From: Octopus bimaculoides
Taxonomy: Eukaryota
Direction of reading: 5' to 3'
Assembly: GCF_001194135.2 (NCBI RefSeq)
Contig: NC_068992.1
Coordinates: forward strand, 4,913,493-4,977,492
Length of the DNA stretch: 64,000 bases
A program made the translations under genes and the position numbers. Each line of letters opens with the position of its first letter. The first letter of the stretch is position 1. Positions 1 through 14,026 of this stretch are shown here, piece by piece. The notes below the pieces were generated by a model that made no database searches, had not been told where the DNA came from, and worked only from the letters and a program-made list of their open reading frames with translations.

Positions 1-485
1 TGAAAAAGCTACCGTAATCTTAATGATTTATATTATATTTATTATCACTCGATTATTAGCTTGATATGGTTAATGCTTCGCAAACATTCTACAATACAAG
101 TACGTATAAACAAACAAAACTACAAATAATTGCAATTAATTTTGAAATGCAATAAAAGTCATTAAAACATAGGAACGTTAAACGAAATATACTAACAAGC
201 AAAGAGCTTTAAATGGAATCAGCAATTTGCAATAACAATAAGTTCAATGAATGGAAAATGGATGTAAATTTAACGATGTAAATGTAACAACAGAAAAAAA
301 AAGAAAGAAAGAAACTAAAGCAACACAGAAGAGAAATAAGTCGGTAGGAAATAGAAAAATACATTTTAATTAAGTAGGTTTCCATGACAAAGAGTCGTTT
401 ATTCGCTAGGAATCATTTGCTAACACATCGTTTGAAGCTCTTTGATCGTTAATTGCAAACCTAACATGTATGTATGTGCGCGTAT

Positions 486-489
<4 letters not shown>

Positions 490-572
<83 letters not shown>
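490..572. repeat. (CA)n followed by (TA)n microsatellite
   Basis: Directly visible dinucleotide tracts; source of the HT/VC/IY ORF artefacts. Confidence 0.95.
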
Positions 573-1364
573 GGGCGCGCGACAGGCAGAGAGAAAGAGA
601 GAGAGCACGAGAGAGACTAAATTTACTTCCCATAACACACACACGCACATAAACGAGCCTATACGCATATGCACACACATACAACGCTAACATTTATGTA
701 TTAAGTATCTATATATATATATATATGTGTGTGTATATATGTGTGCTTTCATTTATATATGTTCCTGTTTGTTCGTTTACACACACTAACATCCGTGTGT
801 ACATTTGTATGAACTTGTACGTATATATGTTTTGATGGGCGTCTAAAATCTAAGAACTAATATTATTGTGAAAATATTTTGATCATTGTAAATACAGTAA
901 AGGTTCTATCTGAAAGTGTATTTTAATTCAAAGGAAACTATGTTACTCAATTTAGTTTAAGACAAAAGAAATTCAGTGAGTCATAACCGTATACGTATTT
1001 ATTGCTGAGATTTTAGAACGACGAAGACACTTTAGACAACGTTAAATTAGAATACAAGCAGTTTTAAATTTACTGGATGCTTCATCAACAATTGCCCAGT
1101 AGTCTTTGATTCAAGTTACATCGTTTAATATACGCGCAATATATATATTACTGACGTGCATTGCGTCGTATGTCTGTGTTTATCAATGCCACATTCACAC
1201 ATTTCAAAATAACATCCTTGTTCACATTTTCCACACAGGGAATAGGCAAATTTACTTCAAATTATTTATGCACATGCTGATCGAAAAGACTCATTAGTAG
1301 GATATTTTTTAATGAAAACTCAATGGGAACTAACAGAACTCTTTCACACATTAAGATGTATATT

Positions 1365-1366
<2 letters not shown>

Positions 1367-1428
<62 letters not shown>
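1367..1428. repeat. (CT)n microsatellite ending at an N-gap
   Basis: Directly visible. Confidence 0.95.
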
Positions 1429-1725
1429 NNNNNNNNNNCTGTCTCTCAGGCGCGTTTCGTGACCCAATTTGCGAGAAGAATGGGGTGTAAATCTATGCCG
1501 TTCATTGCAGCTGAAGTCAGTTGAAGTATAGCCACCTAAGCTCACTTCAGACAAAATCAACATAAGTACCAAAGGAATTGTATTACATACTGTAGAAATG
1601 AAGAAAAGAATATAGCAGATAAAGAGGTTAGTAAATGTTTCTATATGTTAATGGAAAAGGCAGATGCTTTAATGAAGCCATTCTTAGTCAACTTTCAATA
1701 GGATGTTACATGATTTTACAAGTAT

Positions 1726-1810
1726 AGGGCGGAAGAATGGCAGAATTGATAAAACGTCAGGCAAAATGTGTAAGGTTGTTTGTCCCGGCACCTTGTATTC
1801 TGTCTTCTGT
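1726..1810 (+). mobile_element. Degenerate head of SINE family A
   Basis: GGGCGGAAGAATGGCAGAATTGATAAAACGTCAGGCAAAATG aligns by eye to the better-preserved copy at 2141 (GGCGGCGTGCTGGCAGAATCATTAGCATGCCGGGCGAAATG). Confidence 0.5.
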
Positions 1811-2140
1811 CCTGATACTGTTAACTTTTATATTCTTTCCTTACAGCGCCGATTACACCACGTTCCCGTGTCATGAAGACAATCACTGTAATTCATGTAA
1901 TTGACTAAACCTTAACCAAAATTGCTAGCTTTTTCCATTCATGAAGTTGTACAGACAAACTTTTGAATAGCGGCTGAAATTGATTAATAAACAGAATATT
2001 ATATTGTATGTTTTACAAGACAGCATCCAGAATTGTACTCATCATAGTAATATAATTGGAGACTATGAGGGGTGTATTTAAAAAAATTCAAACAAAAGAT
2101 AGAAACGGTGAGATCATATATATAATGGGAATATATATAA

Positions 2141-2279
2141 GGCGGCGTGCTGGCAGAATCATTAGCATGCCGGGCGAAATGCTTAGCGGTATTTCGTCTG
2201 CCGTTACGTTCTGAGTTCAAATTCCGCCGAGGTTGACTTTGCCTTTCATCCTTTCGGGGTCAATAAATTAAATACCAGG
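2141..2279 (+). mobile_element. tRNA-derived SINE, family A (head and central domain)
   Basis: A-box-like TGGCAGAATCA (2151), B-box-like GAGTTCAAATTCC (2213), then GACTTTGCCTTTCATCCTTTCGGGGTCAATAAATTAAATACCAG; followed by an (AAC)/(AAT)-rich tract. Resembles SINEs I recall from Octopus genomes. Confidence 0.8.
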
Positions 2280-5200
2280 CAATAACGACGACAACAACAA
2301 CAAAAATAAAAATAATAATAATAATAATATTAAAATTGTTGTCGTTCTTACTATATTTTGAAATTTACTTTTTACCGTATATCGAGTCGATATGTGCAAA
2401 CAGTTAGAAACACACGATTATCCCTCCTCACATCATAATCCATAATGGTTTTATGGAAATGCCTGAACCATACATTCACATTGAAAGTTTTCCTTAAATC
2501 ATTAAAGCAGCAACATGCTACAAACTTACCAGAATTATTTTCCCTATTATAAAATTTATGTCAGACTGTAATGATCAATGAAATCTAATTCGTCTAATGT
2601 AACAATCTATTCATTTACTGGGCTAGTAAAATAAAATATACATTAATATTATACGGCAATTCGTCTTCGGCATGATTCAATAGAGGATTGTGGAATCTTG
2701 TTGATGAAATACTCCTAGAAATTCAATTTCCTGTCGATATGAACGAGATTGTTCGTCGATATTGGTTTTGTTTAAAAGTAAATGGTTACGTCACTTTATT
2801 AAAGCAATGACATGGTATAATATATCGAGTATTCTGCTCCATCATTTCATGCTATACTATTTTATTTGAATTCGAGGTCTTGATATTGGATCTTTGATTA
2901 TACGACCTTGTAAATTAATAGCTTTTGAAGGTGGCGATCAAAGGCAAAACATATATGTATACTAGGAATAATAATAATCACACAAGTATTGAATTGAAAT
3001 GAAGCATCATTAACCATAATACTCATATTTCTTAATTAAAATTCACTGATGTCGATGAAAAATAAATGGAATGAAAGGAAAATAGGTAGGTTGCATTGCC
3101 TTTCATCTGAATGATTTCAGAAGATTTACAGCTTATTGTGCAACTACGGTGCCTTTTCATCGGTTAATGTCTTGGTAAAATATATAAAAGTAAATAAATT
3201 TTGCAGTAATTATCCTCAATTCAATAAGGCCTCAAGATAAAAATTTGTGAAGTTTTGTCGGAGCCAAGAAACATACATGCGCATCGTTTGAAATGTGTTA
3301 AATACGGGGTTACGAACTTCGTCTAAAAATCATTCCGCCTTTATTTCAAATGAGTAAATATATAGTTTGTTGGTTCAAAATTGATTAGCAATGTTTCATT
3401 GAATGCCGCAAGTTAAACGTTCTCATAATTGCAAAACATGTGAGTGTGTATGTGTATGCATATCCATACAAATATACATATGCATATTTACTTGTAAAAT
3501 TGTGTGTGTCTGTTGCTATATGTTGTTTGGATTAAACTGAATAACACCTAATAGTGTTGTCATTGCCATTTCCGAAATTTAAGGATCTTCTTTGGAGGAA
3601 GTTAATTAAGGATTTGACAATAGTTGATCTTATAGAGTATCTGCCTTGTTTCTTCTTAATTTGTATATTTCTAGTTTACCAAATGAATTGAAGAAAAGAT
3701 GTCTGAAAATGTTCGGAGCTTCTGATATTAGAACGGGCAATGTAGATCTCTATGCTAACAATCGAAACTATGTTCAACATCATGGTATAGAGTTAGCACA
3801 AAAGAAAAAAAAATATTTACCAAAGAATGAGGTGGGGTATTTCAAATCTATGTACTCATGAATTATAAGGTTTTACGATCGTTCTTTTCGTATTGACACG
3901 AAAATATTTTACTCAATAAACATGTTGATTCTAGTGAATGATACATAGGGTGCATAAACATTGTAGGCAGTATCTCGTGTATGTTACAAGACATAATATG
4001 CAACGCATATTACAAGACTCAGTTTCACCCAGTAATGGTTAGATTATCGGCATTAAATTATCAAACGGATGTATAGAATTAATCTTTGTGGATCTTCGAC
4101 AGATGACGATTGTATGTAATTAATATGAAAATACCTTGGCTTCAGAATTGAATAGAGTGTTGTAGTTGCTGCTGTTGATGCTCATTATAATAATGATGGT
4201 GGTTTTGGTGATGGTGAAGTTGATAATGATGATGACGACGACGAGGACGACAACAATTATGATGATTATAACGATGTCTCTACTGAGAAACGCAATGTTT
4301 AGCTTCATAGAAAATTTTCACTGTCTTCTCAATCAGTGAATAACGTGTAGAAGTTGTTCATTCCTTCTCATAGAAGATGGCCAAGGTGTGTTTCATTGTT
4401 GAAAGCTAAACAAAAACACTTGCCGAAAGAATATGTTGTTGAAAGCGTTTACATCGTTGAAATCGTGCAGCCTGATATCATACCGAGTCAAAAGTGTAAT
4501 GCGTATAAGTCAAATTGATGCTATTTCTTGAACAGTCATATGTTGTTTTGCTCATTTGCCACATTTGTCATCATCTTTATTGAGCTCGTTGTTGTCGCTT
4601 CAGCTTTTCCGATTCCGGCTTGTATTGGTGGAACAAACACACTTATACTGAAAGGCATACGAACTACAATCATCTCACGTTTGATTGAAACAGAACTGAA
4701 GACAATACATTCAAAAGTTTTTCACATTTGTCTATATACACTATCGTACGATTTAATACAAATAACATTACTACCTTTTATTCCTTAAACGGACATGTTA
4801 TTTGGAGAGGTAAAGACATTGATGATATTTTAAACATCTGCAGTTGTGCTACGTTTACCAACATTAACGAGCAAACAGCGAAATGTAGCACATTGTTTTC
4901 ATGCTTCTGGTTTCGGTATTACATTGCTTCAGGTTAAATAACATGTTGCCTCAGGAAGAACCGAATATCTGTTTCCAGTAATACCAAAGTCGCTAAAGAG
5001 AACTGAATTTTCAAGCACGTGATTTTGAACGTTCCAGAAGAGATGAGGAATGTGTCTGATTGCTGTAAGTGACTAACTTGCAGTCGAAGAAAATCGAAAA
5101 GTTCTCTTTTCTCGAAAGAGGGGAAAGAAAGAGAGTGAGGGAGATATAGGTACAGAGATAGAGACAGAATGTGATAGAGTGAGAGAGAAATTGAAAGAAC

Positions 5201-6933
5201 GTAGTGTTCCGAATGCATCTCCGTAGGCTCACGTAAATAAGTTGTGTATAACAATAACAATAACAAAGAAAACTATAGTCGTTTGATCTATGATAGATGC
5301 TTGTGCTATGTGTGTGCACCTGTACTTCCGTTGATGTGTGAGTGTGTGTGCGCGCTTAGTAGTTTCGCACAACTATGGAGAAGTATTAGGAAGGAACAGT
5401 ACATGCTGGTTTCTATACTATTAAGAATAGAAGTTGAGGGCAACTGAACACTTTTTTAATAAATACGCCAATTAACCTCTGTCTGTCACTACGTCGGAGC
5501 GCAGTATTCACTGACGCCCCTTGCATTTGTTTAAAAATCAAACACGGAAGGTAATTGTCCAATATGCGTGCTATTGCTTAGCTATTCCAGGGCAGCTAGT
5601 CGAATGCATTGCCGTTCATTATGTCCGACACTGTTGAAGTCAAGGCAAGTTCAAATGTGTATGCCTATCAAATTAAACAGAACTACTGTTTTACTGTGAC
5701 ATACGTAATTTTTTTCCATCTTTATTCTGTTTCTGCATACAAGCATACAGATTCATATACTTAAAGAGATATATGTACATACGTACATACATGCATACAC
5801 ATACACACACATATATACATTATAACAATCAATAATAATCACAAAAAAATCATATCGCAATTTTAGTTCACAACTTAAAAGTCGAACATTTGTTTCAATT
5901 GCATTAACACACACACGCATGTAAAAGGCTGTCTTCAGGTTGTGAGTTCATATATATATATATATATAAAATATTATTAAAATCGATACGTGTACAAGAA
6001 TTTATGTCAACACGACATTATCAAGGTATTCCAAATTGGCAGAATGCTGACTAAACATCTGAAAGAAATTTAGTTGTTAAAAAACTCAAACAAAAACAAA
6101 CGCCAAACCAAATTTAACTTTTGACATTCATTCATTCAACAAAGAGCGATGTCATTGAATGACAAATTTAGTTTATAAAAATAAAATACAAAAAATACCA
6201 TACTAAGTTCATATTTATTACCAATTTGAAATCTACATAAAAAAAAATATCTAATATAGAAAACGAGTATATTTATATATTAAAATTCATGATGTCACTG
6301 GATATATAAAGAACAAAACAGTACAAATATGAATTTTACATAATGCTTAACAGACAAAAAAAAAATGAATAAAACATACACATAATAATTCAAAGTAATG
6401 CTTATTAGAAACTTGGGTACATTACGTCGCAATAAACAGATATTTCGCTGTCTTTACAGTAATTTTTACTTTATAACTACACAGTGAGACCTTCGCTAAT
6501 TCTGTATGTTGTTGAATGTAATAATTCTTCAATTATTATGAAGGAAGGTTAATTTCTATAGAAGGGTTTATTATATTTTAGAAACAAATATCTAATTAAC
6601 TATTGCGATATAATGTATACGTTTCTATTGAGCATTACGTATAAATATTATCTGTAGATTTTCTTCCATTTTGTCAAAAAATAAGGAAACAATATGGTAT
6701 TTTGTATATGATACTTTTGTAAACTGAATTACTTATTCAATGACGTCGGTGTTTGTTGAATGAAATTCTAAAGTTAAATTTGGTTTAGAGTTTTTTTTAC
6801 CGTTTTTTAACAGCTAATATTTTTTCAAATGTTCAGCATGAACTTCATAGTGTGTTGACATAAATTTACGTACATATTATTATAGAGCCAATGAATAATA
6901 AAACATACAAATATATATATATANNNNNNNNNN

Positions 6934-7065
6934 GTGTTTGTGTCTGTGTTTGTTCCCACCAACCGATGTTGATGTGCTTACTTCCCCGTAGCTTAACGGT
7001 TCTGCAAATTGATCGATAGAACAAGAGCACTAGCTTACAGATAATGAGTCCTGGTGTTGAGTAAT
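6934..7065 (+). mobile_element. 3' tail of SINE family B
   Basis: CCCCGTAGCTTAACGGTTCTGCAAA...GCTTACAGATAATGAGTCCTGG matches the tails at 13070-13226, 17862-18035 (rc) and 55893-56080 (rc). Confidence 0.7.
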
Positions 7066-7539
7066 TCATACTGATATACGTATTATTTAGGTATATACGA
7101 GCATGTCTAGATATGCAAGTATATGAATGTGGAAACAAACATAAAATAAAACATACAGAGCTGAACATATGCACACATACATACATACATACATACATAT
7201 ATACATACAAAAAATTCTTGTTGTTGATGTTGATATTCCAAAGAAAGAGCTTTGGATCTAGATTAGAAACTAGCTTTTTTCTCTATTACAAAGAAATTTG
7301 AAATAAACCCGAATAATAATAATATACACAGACAAACACATTGATACAGAATTCGTTGCTATTTAACGTAAAATGAATCCTGATTTTATAGTCATGCACC
7401 AAACCCGTAACAACGACAATGACTCCCCGATTTTAGAACACATCTTGGAGTTTGATTATCTGCTAAAAGATTCGGCTCATGTTTTGATGTGCTATATATG
7501 GGCCTCAAGGATTGCATGTTGAGGAACCTACTGAATGAA

Positions 7540-7660
7540 CGTTCATTTACTCCCACATACGGATGTTGCTTCAATATAAACTTTCCTTCACACAGACGAC
7601 GGGTAAGTTGAGTAGATTTGATTCGTCTTCGTAATGCAGGCCAGGTCTGTATGATATAGC
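7540..7660 (-). mobile_element. Degraded GIY-YIG endonuclease fragment, Penelope-like retroelement relic
   Basis: Minus-strand translation DLACITKTNQIYSTYPSSV*RKVYIEATS resembles the PLE motif TC.T.N.IY.I.C..C.KVYIGET; stop codon present. Confidence 0.45.
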
Positions 7661-8069
7661 TTCATGATTGAAAAAAGGGCTCCAATATATATCAGATGAA
7701 CATGCATACATGCACAAACATATACACAAGAAAACGCTAACAGAGACAAAGACACACAAACACGCACACATATATGGAACGTATTCACAGAGAATAGATT
7801 TTCTTACCCAGGTGAAGAAGAAAGCTAGAGCATTGTACGTATCGGTATCAAAAAGTGTTAACGATTGCTCTTCAACACTTTATAAGGCACGGGAGATGGA
7901 TGACTATTTCATGCGAAGACACAGTCAATTCGTCTCATTTAAAGAGCCAATGAATAATAAAACATTTCCACTTTACTTTGTTTTAACATATATAATAATG
8001 ATATATACAGTGCTACTCAGTTTCTCAGGACACACTATATGCATGGGTACGTGCATAATAATAAAGGAA

Positions 8070-8400
8070 TATATATCTATATCTATATATATATATATAC
8101 TTACACAAACACACACACATACATACATGTATCTATCTATATACATATATACATATATATGTATATATGTATACACACATATATATATACATATATATGT
8201 ATATATATACATATATATGTGTATTCATACATATATATGTATATATACATGTATCTATCTATATACAAATATACATATATATATATATATATACACCCTA
8301 TCCTACGCACAAAGATGCATTCGATGTATGTGTATATGTATTCACACACACACACACACACACACACGTATATATAGGTATAGATATGAATATAGATGGA
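8070..8400. repeat. Compound (TA)/(TACA)/(CA) low-complexity tract
   Basis: Directly visible; accounts for the 3' half of ORF 7668-8411. Confidence 0.9.
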
Positions 8401-9025
8401 GATTCGAGTGAATGTTCGTGTGAATATGTATGTGTGTGTATTTGTGTGTAAATATACATGAGATAGTTATTTATTTGTTTATATGTTAGAAAATTACAAT
8501 ATGTAGAAAGCGTTGAAAGATTGTAGCATTTGATATCTTTTCGTTATTTCTAAATTACACATTACAACATGCTTTGCTTACGCATGATCTAATGTAATCG
8601 ACGTCAACACAAACTGCGTGCAATCGGAGCGCCTTTCTATGTATTTGAATTTTATGCACTCAATTTTCGAAAGCCCATTCATGCATATACAGAACGAAAG
8701 TAATGGTGAATTTCAATATTTGTTTGGCTCTGTTATACTATCTTTTTTTAAAATTTATATGTGAGTTAGAAATGAAGATACGTAGAGATTGACGCATACA
8801 CGAACTCGCACGCATGGACGCGCACACACACACACATACACGCACACACACACACACACACATGTAAGCATACACACACATATATATGGAGAGAGAGAAA
8901 GAGAGAGAAAGCAAGGAAGAGTGACAGAGATGCATAATATATACACACGCATACATATACATATACGTATATATATATATACACGCACACTCACACGTAC
9001 GCATGCACACTCACACGTACGCATG

Positions 9026-9100
<75 letters not shown>

Positions 9101-9105
9101 GTATC

Positions 9106-9140
9106 AACTAGCCTAAGTACCTGACGTTGCTCGGCGGTTT
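9106..9140 (+). mobile_element. Possible Helitron/Helentron-type non-autonomous element terminus
   Basis: ACTAGCCTAAGTACCTGACGTTGCTCGG after a (TA)n tract; a similar ACTAGATTGCCCGACCGTTTCGCGAGC occurs at ~15335. Motif resemblance only. Confidence 0.3.
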
Positions 9141-9579
9141 GAAGAATTTTACAGGAAATAAATATATTTATTCTGATAAACAATATATTTTCAGAAAACT
9201 TGTTTCAGATGATGTTGTATAAAGAAAATTATTAAAACAAATCCTGAAATCAATCACAGTTTAATATTGTTGAACGTCAAAATATAATGTTTTCAGCGCG
9301 TCCTTTAATTGGGATACAAATAAAACGAGATTTGGGACTTCAAACTAACGAACGTCCTACATATAGTTGCCCATGAGAGAAACAACGTGAAGCAAGGTTA
9401 AGTCCAACAACCTTATGAGATCGTAGTTGAGATTCGTTTAGTGACAAAGCAAAACTTAGTTTCACTGGGAACTGGGGCCGTTTAAATTCAAGAGGTCAGA
9501 TGAGATTAACAAGATCCGGGAATGAAGACATCGTCACCCTTATATCCCCCAGTGCTAATTGCCTGTGGGATGAAGTTAA

Positions 9580-9617
<38 letters not shown>

Positions 9618-11329
9618 NNNNNNNNNNCACGTGTATGAGGGATGACCACTGGGTGGACATCCAATATGCTATAAAGAGGTCATCATCGACACAACCACAA
9701 ACAAAAATAATGTTCTCCAGAAAAATTTCGCAAAACACCACAACAGGACAAATTGAGAAATATACAGAACAAAGAATTATCTATGTACTGCAGTTTCGAA
9801 CATTAACGTTTTACTTACGTAACAACATCCGTGTTCTCATCAGCATACACGTTGTAGAATCAATATAATTTGCAGAACTATACACGAATTGTCTTCATGA
9901 ATCAGACTTGCATATAGTTCTACTGAATACATTGGGTCTATTTTTCAAAATGCCTCAGCTCAGGCGCGCATTATTCCGGAATAAATACATGTGTGCGCAC
10001 AAGCCTATGCGTCTAAATGTTTCTATATATTAGCGTGTGGTAGATTTGTGTGAAACTGCGAATGAGCGTACGATTGATCAAGATAGGCGATGATAACGAA
10101 AGTCTTCGAATTCCCCAAGATTTATTCTACAAGTCAGTTTCAACAATCGTCTCAGATTAATTCTCTTTAGAAAGCTGCACAAAATAAGCAACAGTCTATA
10201 TACATACATCAGCACACACACTGACACACAAAGACACACAGACACAGACTCACAGACATACGCACACAGACACACATACACACACACATATATTGTATAT
10301 GCATTATTCGCATTCATATGTGTGTGTGTGTGTGTCCCTGGGTTATTTCTTTTATATTTAGCAAATGAAAATAATATCAATCATAAATATTTAGGTATAT
10401 TTATATACAATTGTATTTTGCTTTTTCTCTGTTTCTCTAAAACCATTAGTTGTATTACAGATATATCCAGCACATTGAATTTGGACACATCTATAAATCT
10501 GTAAATAATATTTCCTTCTATATGAAATCTCACAAATGCAATTTGATTCTCGTACATAAATAGAAGTGAAATCCATGTTAGTAATAAAATGAGTTTTGCT
10601 TGAAATTCAAATTAAAATTTTCTACTTTTATATTAATAGCGTTTATTCCCATATATATCATTCCCATTTATGATATTTACATACATTTCATTGGAGAATT
10701 GAACAAATCTTAAAATATCTTAAACCATTTAATGTTTTAGAACGGAGAGTAGGACTTTCAGTTCAAGTCTCAACAGATTTTCTTTCTAACATTCAATGGT
10801 CAGCAAAACAATCGCAAGACTAATATTTGCGTCACTGTTAAAATTTCCTTCGTAACGTGTCAGTTAGCTGTCAAGATCTCTGAATTACTTAAGACATACG
10901 GGTATTTTGAAATATTAAAACAATCTCGTCGTATATTCCATCCTGAAATACCTAATTTTCACGTGTATCTTATTATGTTGTAACTACAATTTCCATCCAG
11001 TAGGTAATATAATGCAAGATTGATCACTGGGATACTCAGCGACATACAAAATATTTTCAATCATCTACCGCATCTTTATGTATAAATATATATATATATA
11101 CATATATATATNNNNNNNNNNNNNNNNNNNNNNNNNNNNNNNNNNNNNNNNNNNNNNNNNNNNNNNNNNNNNNNNNNNNNNNNNNNNNNNNNNNNNNNNN
11201 NNNNNNNNNNNNNNNNNNNNNNNNNNNNNNNNNNNNNNNNNNNNNNNNNNNNNNNNNNNNNNNNNNNNNNNNNNNNNNNNNNNNNNNNNNNNNNNNNNNN
11301 NNNNNNNNNNNNNNNNNNNNNNNNNNNNN

Positions 11330-11363
<34 letters not shown>

Positions 11364-11849
11364 AAAAACATAGCATACATAAATTATTATTGTGTTTTAT
11401 ATGGGGGCAGAAACAATGGCAGTGGATAAGTTCTTTATAGGTTGCCAAACATTAGTTCGGTGCATTATATTCCATTTATCACTTGAACTGTATCTTATAA
11501 CATGTTAAATGTTACACAACTTGCAGAAAATGTGTTATAAAACATGCATTCATTACTGTCTTTTAATTTCAGCCTTCATTATCTCTTTCACGTTTTGTGG
11601 AATCTGCATAATCGTTGTGAAATCCTTACAAGTGAGGTGTGTGCATATATTAGTTTTCCGTACCGTTTCTTTGCCAATAACAATGCAATTGTTTATGTAA
11701 AACTATTTCCCTGTATGAGTTACACAAGTCATAAAATGTAGGGAGTGGTGTTAATGAAACGTCGTGTGATATTACTCAAAGGAGATTCGTTATGTAAGGC
11801 CAGAGCAACACGAGAAGATATAAAACTACAAAACGAAAAGCAAAGGGAA

Positions 11850-12185
11850 CAAATTAATATTGTTGTTTTCAATCCAATGGTACAAACTGATCCATCCCTG
11901 AGAACAGTAATGTCAAAGAATATAATCAGACAAAATCACGTGGTGCAGAATATGCTATTGCGCAGTGAATGACTTCATACTGAATATGTGGGACGTCTTA
12001 CATTGGGAACACCACCAGGAAATTACACGTAAGAATAAAAAAGCATGCGCACAGATACGTCAATGATAAACAAGTGCATTACTTCCAGACTCATGATTTG
12101 AAGTTACACAGCAGAGCCATTCAACGCAACAAGGGCAATCTTGGAATTATGGAGACACTACATATCAACAATCTGAGCATTACTA
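11850..12185 (+). mobile_element. Degraded Penelope-like element C-terminus (GIY-YIG endonuclease region)
   Basis: Fragments across frames: VQTDPSLRTVMSKNII, EYVGR, GNTTRKLHVRIKSMRTD (G.T.R.L..RI...R.D) and HYFQTHDLKL...LGIMETLHINNL, in the order expected for PLE GIY-YIG domains; frameshifts and stops present. Confidence 0.6.
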
Positions 12186-12801
12186 CTAGTACTACTAATT
12201 CGGTAACAGTGGATGATATATCGTCAGCGATGTTTAATTTATGCAGACACTTCTACTTTTCCCATTGGTCACAACTCTTGACTGCGAAAGCAACATTCTT
12301 TAAATCAAACACTGAACGATGTAAAGGTCCGCAGAATCTTAATCACAGATAGTTACATAACATTGTATAAATGCATTAGATGACTCTATACCGACAGCAT
12401 TTCTATATACATACATAATGCATAAATTCAAGAGGTGTGAGAAATGGAAATAGATTTATTTCGCAACATTATTTCCATATGATTATCATCATTACCAAAT
12501 AATTTCATGTAGTATTAATTTCTGTGTGTAAGGAAATACTCGTACATGCTTTCATTAGCTTGTGTATTCAACATTGTGCTATACAATTGCATATTCACAA
12601 ATTAATGCAAATAAAGAAAGGTTGCTCAACACATCACCAGAACATCATGGTTGCATCAATGGTTCAACATTAAGTGATCTGTCAGTTGTTTCCGTTCAAG
12701 GAGCTTACTGTGATAGACACATAATTCACTCTCCACCTTTAAATACTAGCGTAAGTGTTAGGAATGTTTACACACATACACAGACACAGACACACAAATG
12801 T

Positions 12802-12971
12802 AGGTGCAGGGGTGGCTGTGATGTAAATAGTTTGCTTCCCAACTGGCATGAGCTCCACTGCGTGACACCTTGGGCCGGTTCCGGGTTCAGTCCCACTGCC
12901 TTGTTCTATAGCTCGGCCCGACCAAAGCCTTGTGTGTGGATTTGAGAGGCGGAAACTGGAAGAAGCCTCTC

Positions 12972-13050
<79 letters not shown>

Positions 13051-13226
13051 ATATATATACATGTGTGAGTATGTGTGATTGGGTCTGTTTATCCAACCAT
13101 CACGTCCTCGTAAATTAGCGGTTCGGCAAAAGTAACGGATACAAAGAAAGTACTGGAGTTGATTCATTCGACTGAATATATTCTTCATTTCGGGGCCCCA
13201 CCATGGATGCAGTCTAGTGACTACAA
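12802..13226 (+). mobile_element. SINE family B, full structure: tRNA-like head, core, (TA)n linker, 3' tail; head internally rearranged
   Basis: CCGGGTTCAGTCCCACTG, CCTTGGG, CCGACCAAAGCCTTGTGTGTGGATTTG, GGAAACTGGAAGAAGCC; (TA)n at ~12974-13047; tail TTAGCGGTTCGGCAAAAG...GCAGTCTAGTGACT. Confidence 0.8.
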
Positions 13227-13259
13227 CAAAGGAATGAAACACATATACATATGCATACA

Positions 13260-13318
<59 letters not shown>

Positions 13319-13889
13319 NNNNNNNNNNTGCAAACACACGCACATATGCATGTATGTGTGTGATTGTGTGTATGTATACAAATTCGCACAGATATATACC
13401 TGTACATGCATTCGCTCACACACATATCTAGTGAGCATTTGACATACGAGAATATAAGACTACTACAAATATAAATTCTAAGCTATTGTAATTTTCTTTT
13501 CCTAAGCCATTCTCCGATATGACAGCAAATAAATATATCTGAAATATATATAAATATCTAAACTGATAGTATTTGAATAAAAAATAATCTAGCTGTCTCT
13601 AAAACGTATTTAATATGGATAAAAGATAGAAATGAATTATCACCATTGTTACTATTGAAAGACGTTATATATTAGCGCTCATTTTTATTGTTTTTTTTTT
13701 TCTTTCTTTTTAATGCAAGAGTATAAAATATCATTTTCGGAACACTAGACATCTCTATACTTTGAATCAAATCTATGTTGATACATGGAAAATGTTGTTA
13801 ATGGAATGTTTTATTTAAAATCTTCTATTGAACAACCTTGATGTAATCTTGGCTGGTATAATTTTGTCTATTGCTCACGCTCCACGTCA

Positions 13890-13933
<44 letters not shown>

Positions 13934-13985
13934 NNNNNNNNNNNNNNNNNNNNNNNNNNNNNNNNNNNNNNNNNNNNNNNNNNNN

Positions 13986-14026
<41 letters not shown>

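Noticed and set aside
7596-7602. Possible 7-nt microexon (CTTTCCTTCACACAG|ACGACGG|GTAAGT)
   Set aside because: Good splice-like signals, but it lies antisense within a probable PLE relic and is not frame-preserving; such matches are expected by chance.
9630-9745. CVDDDLFIAYW resembling the RT YxDD motif of Penelope elements
   Set aside because: Single short motif with no recognisable flanking RT motifs.
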